Shown here piece after piece: positions 20,756-29,262 of a stretch of 64,000 bases of DNA. Positions within the stretch are counted from its first letter, which is position 1. Every line of letters starts with the position of its first letter. The stretch spans positions 640,001-704,000 of the forward strand of contig CAVTBU010000005.1 of NCBI GenBank assembly GCA_963733035.1, read 5' to 3'. Below the pieces are notes generated by a model. The model made no database searches. It saw nothing but the letters and a program-made list of their open reading frames with translations, and was not told the DNA's origin. A program made the position numbers and the translations under genes. The stretch comes from Pirellulales bacterium (GTDB lineage: Bacteria; Planctomycetota; Planctomycetia; Pirellulales; PALSA-1355).

Positions 20756-21259
20756 ATGAGCTTGAAGATGCAAGATTTCGAGACGGAAGAAACGGAAAAA
20801 GTCGAACACGCCGCAGCGGCCACCCTTCAGGCCCGCCAGAATGACCGACGACCGACAGCTGGCCGCATTTCGAAAACGGTCGTCAATTTCGTGCTCGACG
20901 CAACTTTGCTGGTTCTGGTTGCGGCCCTGCTGTTCATCGCCGCGGTGTTGCGACTGGTCTTTCCGGCTCCGACCATCGCTGACGGGTGGACACTTTGGGG
21001 ATCTGGCTACGACGGCTGGGCGAATCTGCAATTCGTGCTGGTGACCCTGCTGGGACTTGCCATTCTATTGCACGTGATGCTGCACTGGTCGTGGGTCTGC
21101 GGCGTGGCGATGACGAAGCTGCTCAAGCGGCCGCCGCGCAAGGCCAAGCTGGACGAAGGCCAACAGACGCTGTGGGGCGTCGGGCTATTGATCGTCATCG
21201 TTAACGTCATTGGGCTGCTGGTTGGCGTGGCATATCTGACGATACAGGGGCCGCAGTAG
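20756..21259 (+). CDS. DUF4405-like membrane protein
   Basis: Three TM helices, NFVLD..., LHVMLHWSWV; start codon uncertain (20744-20768). Confidence 0.7.
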   Translation: MSLKMQDFETEETEKVEHAAAATLQARQNDRRPTAGRISKTVVNFVLDATLLVLVAALLFIAAVLRLVFPAPTIADGWTLWGSGYDGWANLQFVLVTLLGLAILLHVMLHWSWVCGVAMTKLLKRPPRKAKLDEGQQTLWGVGLLIVIVNVIGLLVGVAYLTIQGPQ

Positions 21260-22049
21260 AATGCCCGGAAGCGTCGTCTGATCGCACGGCGGCCGAGCTT
21301 TCGCAAAAGGGGCAGGCGGCGGCTGAGTGCGTCTCGCTGTGAGATGGATCCCAGAAACCGGCCCCGCGGACAATGGAAAGACCGCCAGTCAGCACGACGC
21401 ACCAAGCGGCCATCCGAAGCAGCCGTTGGCGGCCAGCCAGCGACAGCAGGCTCGAACCGCTGCCGGCAAGCACCATCAGAGGAACGGTTCCGATTCCGAA
21501 GGCGGCCATCGTGGCCATTCCGCCAAACAGGTTGCTGGTCGCCGCCGCCAGCGCCACGTAGGCATATACCAACCCGCAGGGCAGGAAGCCGGTGAAGACG
21601 CCGGCCAGAAAGACGTTTCGCAAGCGTCGATCGCGCAAGAAACTGCCGAGCATGCCGCCCATCAAACATCCCACACCGGCTCCAGGCACCGCCAGGGGAT
21701 TGCGAACGCTGCCGCGCCACACGTGCCACCGTCGGGACAACCACCGAAAAACCCCCGCCGCGATCAGCCCTTGCACGACCAACAAAACTCCAGCAAGTAT
21801 TGCGACGACCGCCTGCACATTCATCACGCCACCCAGATTCTCGGCCAACCGCAGGCCGCCATAGCCAACTGCCGCGCCGAACACGCTGTAGGTAAAGATC
21901 CGCCCGCAGCTATAGACCACCTGGCGTGCGAGGTTTGACGGGAGGCGTGCGGCCGGCGTGCCGACCAGCACGGCGAATCCGCCGCACATGCCGACGCAGT
22001 GCGCCGATCCGAGCAGGCCTCCGATAAACACCAACGGAAGTTCGATCAT
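21207..22049 (-). CDS. Sulfite exporter TauE/SafE (DsbD_2) family oxidase-maturation protein
   Basis: GSAHCVGMCGGF, GRIFTY, GFLPCGLVY, FGIGTVP, C-terminal CPFC. Confidence 0.88.
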   Translation of the reverse strand: MIELPLVFIGGLLGSAHCVGMCGGFAVLVGTPAARLPSNLARQVVYSCGRIFTYSVFGAAVGYGGLRLAENLGGVMNVQAVVAILAGVLLVVQGLIAAGVFRWLSRRWHVWRGSVRNPLAVPGAGVGCLMGGMLGSFLRDRRLRNVFLAGVFTGFLPCGLVYAYVALAAATSNLFGGMATMAAFGIGTVPLMVLAGSGSSLLSLAGRQRLLRMAAWCVVLTGGLSIVRGAGFWDPSHSETHSAAACPFCESSAAVRSDDASGHSTAAPVSSDMPRQPAAQ

Positions 22050-24274
22050 GCGACCTCCTGCGGTGTCGGATACGCCAGCGGAGCGTCGGCCGACGTGCGG
22101 TGTTTCGCCGTGCCCGACACGTTCCGGAGGGACGGATCGTCGGCCGATGCGGCATTGGGCAGGCGCGCCGTCTCACCCGTCAACCGGAGCGAATTGCTCA
22201 CGACCAACAGGCTGCTGACGACCATGGCCGCGGCAGCCCAGGCGGGATTCAGCCAGCCTGCGGCGGCGAGTCCAATGCCCACGGTGTTGTAGGAGAAAGC
22301 CCAGAACAGATTTTGCCGGATCACGCGAACGCTACGACGGGCGAGCGCAATCGACCACGGCACGCGGGAAATCTCGTCGGTGATCAGACATACCAGGGCC
22401 GACTGTCTTGAAAGATCGGCCCCGCAGCCGAGTGCGATACCCAGATCGCTGGCGGCGAGCGCGGGCGCATCGTTGACGCCATCGCCAACCATCGCCACGG
22501 GACCAAATTGCTGGCGCGCTTTGCCAAGCGCCGCGACTTTCTGCTCCGGCAATAGCCCTGACTGTACCGGCACGTTCAATTCTTGCCCTAGTCGACGAGT
22601 TCGCGAGGGTTCGTCGCCCGTGAGCACGGCGACATCGCACCCCAACGCAGTGCATTCGGCCAATGCCTGGCGGGCCTCGGAACGAAGGGTCTCGGCAAAC
22701 ACAAACACACCGCGAATCGAGTCGTTCCAACCGATTGCCGAAATCGAAAGCCCTTTAATTCGCGCCGCGGTAATGGACTGTCGCAGTGCGGGGGGCGTTC
22801 GCCAACCCAGCGATTCCAACCAGCGTACACTTCCCAATCGCGTGGGGGCGTGCTCATCGGCGAAGGCCGCCTTCATGCCTTGGCCCGACACGAAGGTCAC
22901 CTCGCCGGCATTCGCGGATTCGGCAATTGCATCGGCCTCGGTCAGATGGCGCACGATTGCTCGCGAAAACACGTGCATCGAAGCTCCAGCCAACCGCAGG
23001 GAGCGACGCACGACTTCCTGGCGGTCGAAGTCCGTATCGACGTCGAAACATTCGACGCGCGGGTTGCCCGTGGTGAGGGTACCGGTTTTATCGAATCGAA
23101 CCGCGCGGATTCCGGCCAGGCGCTCGAGCGCTTCGCCGTGTCGAAACAGAACCCCACGGCGCGACGCGTTTCCGAGCGCGGCCCAAACCGCCATCGGCGT
23201 GGCGAGCCCAAGAGCACAGGGACAGGCGATCAAAAGCACCGCCAGCGACGCCATCACGGCCGTCTCGAAGTGTCCCCGCCAGGCGTGGAACACCAGCGTG
23301 CCGACGGCCACAACGATTACCGCGGGCAAGAACCACGCGGCCACCCGATCGGCCAACCGCTGATATTGCCCCTTGGTGGAACGGGCCGTGCGCACCAACT
23401 CAATTAGCCGAGCGAGCGATCCTTCGTCCGCCGGTGCCATAACGTCGACCACGAGCTCACCGTCGAGATTCAGACTGCCACCCAACACCCGATCGCCAGC
23501 GCGCCTGGTGGCCGGGCGGCTTTCGCCGGTGAGCAGTTGCTCATCGACGCTCGCGCAACCCGAGAGGATGCAGCCGTCCGTTGCGATTCGCTCGCCGGCA
23601 AGCACGCGCAGCCGATCGCCTCGGGCAAGTTCAACGACCGGGAGCTCTTGCTCGTTGCCTTGTTCATTGAGCACGCGAACCCTTTCGGGAAGCAGCTTTT
23701 CCAGGGCGTCGAGCGCTTTGGTCGTCCGCAGTTTCCCGTTCGCCTCGAGCCAGCGACCGATGGTGACCATGACCAGAACGGCGCAGGCGACTTCGAAATA
23801 GACGTGCCCGGCTCCGCGTAGAACCGAGATCACCGAATACACGTATGCGGCGACAATTCCGACGACGATCAGCACATCGGCGGCGGCCAAATCGCGGCGG
23901 CGCGTCGCGAGAGCGTTTTCCAGCAGCGGCGCCCCCAACAGCCACAACACCGGCAGACTAAGCAGCAGGCACAAGTACCGGAACAAGTCCGCCAGCGATG
24001 CCGCCAGTGGCCCGGAGCCAGCCGCTCGGGCATCGTACAGATCCTGGGTCCAGAGCGCCATCGTGAACATCATCACGTTGAGCGACAGGAAAATCGCCAG
24101 CCCCAGCCGGGCCAGTGTCCAGGTCGCGGCGCCTTCAGCGCCGCTTTGCCCGGTGATCTCGGACGCCAGTCGACAGCCGAAGCAACAGAACTGCGGCCCT
24201 TCGGCCGGTTCGGCCGCGGCGGGAACCGGCAAGTGGCAATAGGCGCAGGAGGCATCCGCTTGCTTGTCGCTCAT
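22046..24274 (-). CDS. ccoI: P1B-type copper ATPase, CcoI/FixI-like
   Basis: N-terminal CAYC..FCCFGC, TGES, CPCALGLATP, DKTGTLT, GDGVNDAP, YN and MxxSS. Confidence 0.9.
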   Translation of the reverse strand: MSDKQADASCAYCHLPVPAAAEPAEGPQFCCFGCRLASEITGQSGAEGAATWTLARLGLAIFLSLNVMMFTMALWTQDLYDARAAGSGPLAASLADLFRYLCLLLSLPVLWLLGAPLLENALATRRRDLAAADVLIVVGIVAAYVYSVISVLRGAGHVYFEVACAVLVMVTIGRWLEANGKLRTTKALDALEKLLPERVRVLNEQGNEQELPVVELARGDRLRVLAGERIATDGCILSGCASVDEQLLTGESRPATRRAGDRVLGGSLNLDGELVVDVMAPADEGSLARLIELVRTARSTKGQYQRLADRVAAWFLPAVIVVAVGTLVFHAWRGHFETAVMASLAVLLIACPCALGLATPMAVWAALGNASRRGVLFRHGEALERLAGIRAVRFDKTGTLTTGNPRVECFDVDTDFDRQEVVRRSLRLAGASMHVFSRAIVRHLTEADAIAESANAGEVTFVSGQGMKAAFADEHAPTRLGSVRWLESLGWRTPPALRQSITAARIKGLSISAIGWNDSIRGVFVFAETLRSEARQALAECTALGCDVAVLTGDEPSRTRRLGQELNVPVQSGLLPEQKVAALGKARQQFGPVAMVGDGVNDAPALAASDLGIALGCGADLSRQSALVCLITDEISRVPWSIALARRSVRVIRQNLFWAFSYNTVGIGLAAAGWLNPAWAAAAMVVSSLLVVSNSLRLTGETARLPNAASADDPSLRNVSGTAKHRTSADAPLAYPTPQEVA

Positions 24275-24474
24275 GGAGGAGAAGTCATTTCGACCCGCAG
24301 CGCCGGAAACAGGTAGGTCAGCGTGTAGTAAATCGCGAACACCCAAAACAACACCCACAGCAGTCGCACATACCAAGGGATGCGGTTGCCTGTGTAGTGA
24401 TGGTAGCGATGCTCGACCTCGGCGGCCCCTTCGGCTGCCTGGGGCACGTCGGCCGACGGTTCAGTCGTGGTCAT
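24271..24474 (-). CDS. 67-aa single-TM protein resembling the CcoP N-terminal segment
   Basis: HYTGNRIPWYVRLLWVLFWVFAIYY resembles EYDNPLPRWW..FA..Y; overlaps both neighbouring genes. Confidence 0.65.
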   Translation of the reverse strand: MTTTEPSADVPQAAEGAAEVEHRYHHYTGNRIPWYVRLLWVLFWVFAIYYTLTYLFPALRVEMTSPP

Positions 24475-24859
24475 AGTGTTCTTTCACTCGATTGGAACTG
24501 GTCGATGTCGGAAAAGTGTTCTCGCGGTTCACACGCACGCCACGGTTGTCCGTCCGCGCTCGCGCGGGTGGGTGGTCCAACAGGGCTTCGTTTTCGAGCA
24601 GCTTGTACTTGGGTGCCTCGATGTCGCGGAACATGCCTCCCAGCGCGGCCCAGGCGAACAGGCATAAAAACCCCAAGCTGGCCAGCAGGTAGTTCAAAAT
24701 CGGACTGATCGCGAAGGCTCCGTCGGCGTCTCCTCGATAGAGCGCCACGAATTCAAGAAACTTCGTACCGAAACCGTAAAGGCTGGGCACCAAGACGGCC
24801 AGGGCCATAAACAACATGAACCACCGATGGCGGCGACTCGTTGCGTGTGGCGTTTTCAT
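24461..24859 (-). CDS. CcoS-like oxidase assembly protein with an extra N-terminal TM
   Basis: FAWAALGGMFRDIEAPKYKLL matches the CcoS pattern FxWAxxxGQFxDxExP. Confidence 0.7.
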   Translation of the reverse strand: MKTPHATSRRHRWFMLFMALAVLVPSLYGFGTKFLEFVALYRGDADGAFAISPILNYLLASLGFLCLFAWAALGGMFRDIEAPKYKLLENEALLDHPPARARTDNRGVRVNRENTFPTSTSSNRVKEHYDHD

Positions 24860-25557
24860 GGATTGCTCTCCTCGGATTCCGAGTCCTCGGCCGCGGCCTC
24901 TTCGTCCGGCTGTTTTGGCAATTGGATCGGTTCGTAGGTTTCGTAATAGGGATAGCTTTCGAGCCAAGAGCCAAGCCATTGGACGTAGGTGATCAGCGCC
25001 AGACCACGTTTGTTCGGCTTGTCGGGGCTGCCGTCAAATAACCAAGGGTACTCTGGCATTGGCGAGTTGTGCGAAACCATCGTGGGCTGGAAGAAATGCA
25101 CCGCGTGCCAGTCGTTGGCACGCCGACCACCCTCGCGGCACAAGTCCGGCCCGACCCGCCGCGTGCCGAACATGACCGGACGCTGCAATTCATTTTGATA
25201 CTCGTAAGTACGCGATACCGGTCCCCAGCGATCTTCCTCGCGCGAAACGGGCCGGACGAATTGGCTGTGGCAGTGCCAGCACGCCTCGTTGACATAGGTT
25301 CGCCGGCCGAGTTCGAGCGCTTCGGCACAGTTCTCCTGCGTGGGCTTGCCGAAAGCGGCCGCGAACTGTTCGGGATAGCGCAAGCTCAGATTCTCAAACT
25401 GATACATCAGGTTGCTGTTCTTTTCGACGAGCTGGGCCGCGGTCAGCTCGGGCAAGTCGCGATACATGAGCGCCGGCACCAACGCATTGGAAAGCAGCGC
25501 GAAGATGAAAAAGCCGAGTCCGGCGACTAACAGCACGCCAGATTTACTTTCGAACAT
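24856..25557 (-). CDS. ccoO: cbb3-type oxidase subunit II (monoheme cytochrome c)
   Basis: GRRTYVNEACWHCHSQFVRP, FGTRRVGPDL, SPMPEYPWLF. Confidence 0.92.
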   Translation of the reverse strand: MFESKSGVLLVAGLGFFIFALLSNALVPALMYRDLPELTAAQLVEKNSNLMYQFENLSLRYPEQFAAAFGKPTQENCAEALELGRRTYVNEACWHCHSQFVRPVSREEDRWGPVSRTYEYQNELQRPVMFGTRRVGPDLCREGGRRANDWHAVHFFQPTMVSHNSPMPEYPWLFDGSPDKPNKRGLALITYVQWLGSWLESYPYYETYEPIQLPKQPDEEAAAEDSESEESNP

Positions 25558-25573
25558 TGCTCAAAATCCTCTC

Positions 25574-27073
25574 TTAATTCGTGGCCTGCGGCTGCGGTGC
25601 AGCGGTGACCGGCGGTTGCACCCGTTGCCGATCGGCGGCAGGCACGCCTTCGGCCCGCGACTTGCGCCAAGTCATGTACAAGTTGTAGAAAAAGCAGCCT
25701 TGGCCGGCGATCATCCCCAGACCGGCAAAGACTCGCAGGATCCAAAAGGGCTGTGAGCCGTCGACCGAAACTTCCCACGGCTGCAGCGAGGCCCAATAGA
25801 ATCCCTGGAACGGCCCCAACAAGATCAGGTCGGCCGCCATCACGAACAGGCTGACGGCCGATAGCCAATAGTGCCATTCGCACAAATCACGGCTGTACCA
25901 CTCGGTGCGCCAAATCCGGGGAAACAGATAGGTCATGATGCCTAGCAGCCACAAGCTAAACACGCCGAACATCACCATGTGGGCGTGTCCCACGACCCAG
26001 TCGGTGAAGTGGATCAGAGCCTGAAAAGTCAGTGTCGTTTGCATGGCGCATTGCAGGCACGTTAGCCCATAAAACACCATGCCCGTGTAGAACCAGCGGA
26101 TCGGCAGGTTGGTGACCAGCGCCCGGCCGGAACCCCAAATCGTGGCAAAGAAGTTGACAATGACCGTCGTGACCACCATCTCCACAGCGATCGTCGACAC
26201 GATGGCCCCATATTGCAGAAACATCGGAATTGGCGTGTAGAGGAAGTGGTGGATGCCGTTGAGCGGATAAAAGAATGCCAGTCCCCAGAAGCCCACCAGC
26301 GACAGACCGTGGCTCCACATTGGTTTCTGCAACATCACGGGCACAAAGTAATACATCAGTCCCCAGCCCAGGGGCGTCACAAAAAGTCCGACCAGATCGT
26401 GGATGAACAGGCCACCGACGGCGCCCGCGCTCGTGCCGGCTAGCCAGTATTGGGGCAGAAAGTTGCCCATGGCGTAGGTCAGGAACGTCCACACGAAAGC
26501 GGCCATGAAATACCAGGCCGTGACGTACATGGGTCCGCGCGTGCGAACAATCGGGGCCATGAAATTGATGGCCACCAGCAGCAGTCCGGCCAGCGCCAAA
26601 GGATCAATCCAGGTCGGTGTTTCTCCCCATTCGAGTCCCTGGGCCCCCAGCGAAAACGGCAGGCTTTCGAGCGAAGCGACGTTCGCCTGAAGCGTCGGAC
26701 CAAGCACGATACCAATCCCGGTGCCAAGCACGACGACCTGCCAGGCGATCAGTATGAACCACGACAAGCGGCGGTCGAGCACCGGCTTGAGCACCAACCG
26801 GGGCACGCACCAGTGCAAGGCGCCAAGAAACGCGTTGGCCAAAAAGCCGTAGGCCACGACATTCGTGTGCACCATCCGCCAGCGGCCCGGAGACAGAAGC
26901 TCGATGCCGTTCAGCGGGTTCCAATGCACCAGTTGCAGCGCCATCAACAATCCGGCCACCATCGCCAGCGCCAAATAACCCAGTGCGAACAGGAAGTAAG
27001 CCACGACGATCGGCTCATCGACCAACTGGTCGTGTCGGGGAATATTTTCGCGGGCGACGTGCGTGTCGATCAT
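25574..27073 (-). CDS. ccoN: C-family (cbb3-like) heme-copper oxidase subunit I, divergent
   Basis: GRWRMVHTN, IHDLVG, MYYFVP, FYPLNGIHH, HFTDWVVGHAH; all six ligand His and the helix-VII Tyr are present; start taken at MIDTH. Confidence 0.88.
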   Translation of the reverse strand: MIDTHVARENIPRHDQLVDEPIVVAYFLFALGYLALAMVAGLLMALQLVHWNPLNGIELLSPGRWRMVHTNVVAYGFLANAFLGALHWCVPRLVLKPVLDRRLSWFILIAWQVVVLGTGIGIVLGPTLQANVASLESLPFSLGAQGLEWGETPTWIDPLALAGLLLVAINFMAPIVRTRGPMYVTAWYFMAAFVWTFLTYAMGNFLPQYWLAGTSAGAVGGLFIHDLVGLFVTPLGWGLMYYFVPVMLQKPMWSHGLSLVGFWGLAFFYPLNGIHHFLYTPIPMFLQYGAIVSTIAVEMVVTTVIVNFFATIWGSGRALVTNLPIRWFYTGMVFYGLTCLQCAMQTTLTFQALIHFTDWVVGHAHMVMFGVFSLWLLGIMTYLFPRIWRTEWYSRDLCEWHYWLSAVSLFVMAADLILLGPFQGFYWASLQPWEVSVDGSQPFWILRVFAGLGMIAGQGCFFYNLYMTWRKSRAEGVPAADRQRVQPPVTAAPQPQATN

Positions 27074-27702
27074 GGTTTCTCCGATTGCAAACGATAGGGC
27101 GTGTATCGCCCGAGCGGATAGATGATGAGCATGGTCCAACCGAAGACCAGGTGCGTGATGGCCGCCACCCACCACGGGATTTGATCGACGATCCAGCTGC
27201 CGCCAAACAACAACGGCTGCAGCCAGGACAACACGGCGTAGAAATTCACGAGCCACAATGCGATCGCCAGCGCGCTAACCACGACGAAGCGAGTGGCCCA
27301 GGATGCGCCCGCGGTAAACCGCGTGAGCACGAGCTCAAACAGGATGCCATAGAGCATGCCGGTACCGACGTAAAGGCAGCAGCCGATAGCCAGGATCAAG
27401 CCGTTGTCGACCGCGTCGAAGTCGAGCGCCTGCGCGCCCATTGGAAAAGTGAGATAGACGCGGATCAACTCCAGCGGATCTTTGCCGAACATCAGTGCGC
27501 CCACCACGTTCAGGAGCAAACTGGCCATGGCGGCGATGCCGCCCAGCATGAATCCGGTCGTGGCATAGTAGGCCGTGTAGTAGCCGGTGGCCTGCCACTC
27601 GGCCGGCGGCGGCTGGCCGGCGGCGAGCTCGCGTTCGAGCTGCTGAACTTCCGTCCGCAGTTGCTCCAAGCGCCGTTGCTTGTCCGTCGTCGCCTCACTC
27701 AT
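27070..27702 (-). CDS. Hypothetical 4-TM membrane protein in the oxidase operon
   Basis: Four hydrophobic segments, HLVFG in the last; 4-nt overlaps with both neighbours. Confidence 0.75.
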   Translation of the reverse strand: MSEATTDKQRRLEQLRTEVQQLERELAAGQPPPAEWQATGYYTAYYATTGFMLGGIAAMASLLLNVVGALMFGKDPLELIRVYLTFPMGAQALDFDAVDNGLILAIGCCLYVGTGMLYGILFELVLTRFTAGASWATRFVVVSALAIALWLVNFYAVLSWLQPLLFGGSWIVDQIPWWVAAITHLVFGWTMLIIYPLGRYTPYRLQSEKP

Positions 27703-28796
27703 GGTGCGGTCTCCGCCTGCTCTGGCTCTGACTGGTGGTTTGTGGTTTCCGCCGCAGCCTTGGCCGCCCCGATGGGAAACTGCACGCCCCGACGCCGTTG
27801 ATCAGCGAGCGATAGCACATAGTGCGTCAGGTCCCAGATCGATTCGGGTTTGTCGGCGAACGACTCGCGGAACGCGGGCATCGGCGTGCCGTTGATTCCG
27901 GATGAGATCCGCCGATAGATGTCGGTTGGCGATTGCCCGCCGTGCAACATGCCGGAAGTCAGGTCGGCGGCTGGATCCTTGCGGCCCCAAGCGTCGTTGC
28001 CGACTTCAATACCACCGGCCAGACCGCCGCGTCCATCGTGACCGTGACACTTGAAACACTCGCGCTTTTGAAAGATCGCCGCGCCGGCCGCGATCGAGTC
28101 GGCCGTGATCGGCGGCATCTTGACGTCGGGTTCCACGACGTTCTCGCGGGCGTCGGCCCATTGGTTTTCGATGCTTTCGACCAGCGCCTGTGTTGTTTCG
28201 TCGTCCAGTTCGCCTTCCGATTCGGCATGCGCGGCTAGCAGGCGCTCAAGCTCTCCTCGATGTGTCAGGGCCAACACGTACTGCACAACGGCGTCCAGAT
28301 CCTTCTTTGGCATGCGGCGGAACGAAGGCATGGACGTTCCCACGATGCCCCGCTCGATCGTCCGCCGCAGATCCTCCGGGCGGGGCTTGTAGCCGTAGGG
28401 AGTCGACGTGAATTTGAATATTCCACGGCGATAATCGCGCGGCCGTGGAGTCAAATATTCGGCGGCAGGGCCCGCACCGTCGCCGGTCACACCGTGACAC
28501 TGCTCGCAATTGCGTCGGTAGACGTCGGCTCCCAGTTCCAGCGTTTGGGTATCCTTGGGGTCGCCGCCGAGCAGCTTGGGATCGGTGGCCGTGCCGCACC
28601 ACTTGCGGAGCTCCTGTTGCACTTCCGCGCGCAGTTCGGGTTCGAGCTGAGCGACTTCCGGCGAAGAAACGAACTTTGGCTCGGCCGCACGCTCGCAGCC
28701 GGCCGAACTCACGACCGACAGAATTCCCGCCACGATTGCCAGCGCGCCGGTTGGCTTTTTCAGTAGCCGTTTCACGATCAATTGCACCTTCCGCAT
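27699..28796 (-). CDS. Diheme c-type cytochrome lipoprotein
   Basis: Lipobox SSAGC; CEQCH..PRPRDYRRGIFKFTST..GTSMP; CFKCH..GTPMP. Confidence 0.88.
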   Translation of the reverse strand: MRKVQLIVKRLLKKPTGALAIVAGILSVVSSAGCERAAEPKFVSSPEVAQLEPELRAEVQQELRKWCGTATDPKLLGGDPKDTQTLELGADVYRRNCEQCHGVTGDGAGPAAEYLTPRPRDYRRGIFKFTSTPYGYKPRPEDLRRTIERGIVGTSMPSFRRMPKKDLDAVVQYVLALTHRGELERLLAAHAESEGELDDETTQALVESIENQWADARENVVEPDVKMPPITADSIAAGAAIFQKRECFKCHGHDGRGGLAGGIEVGNDAWGRKDPAADLTSGMLHGGQSPTDIYRRISSGINGTPMPAFRESFADKPESIWDLTHYVLSLADQRRRGVQFPIGAAKAAAETTNHQSEPEQAETAP

Positions 28797-29017
28797 ATAC
28801 AGGCTCTCCGCAACGGCTTGTTGTCTTCACATGATCCGGCCATCTCGACTTTTTTCCGTCCAACTATCGGGCGCACTCAACGACCGACCTCCACACGCGA
28901 CCAACCGATGGCGTCATTCGTCGCTGATCGAATCATTACGGACCGCAGACAGCGGGGAACAATGACCAACTAATTTGCAACCTTGCCAAAAAGTCGCTTC
29001 GGCGGCGCGAGCCCTTT

Positions 29018-29033
29018 TGCAATTGGCGTGCCT
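29018..29033 (-). promoter_or_regulatory. sigma54-type promoter of the oxidase operon
   Basis: Minus strand AGGCAC-GCCAA-TTGCA, ~220 nt upstream of the first gene. Confidence 0.55.
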
Positions 29034-29262
29034 GAAGTGTGCTGACGCGAACGTGTCTAGAAGCACAGATTGTGAAAAGAGCCACGAACCGTGCGAAATT
29101 TAGCCGAGTGCAAGGTTCGCGCCCAGCCCCTGGTAGATTGGGATGACCGGAGCGCGGAAAAAGTGGCCGCGCCAATTCGCACACTTCATGCCGATTCGCA
29201 CAGCAGAAGCGGCCCGTTGGCGCAACAAAGCGTTGGCCGATCGCCCGGCAACGACAATGGAA

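Noticed and set aside
25574..27073. Calling the oxidase a cNOR/qNOR
   Set aside because: It lacks the HLWVE glutamate and retains the helix-VII Tyr and a CcoO partner typical of the C family
28924..28937. FNR box upstream of the oxidase operon (CTGATCGAATCAT)
   Set aside because: The spacer is 3 nt instead of 4 and the outer bases mismatch
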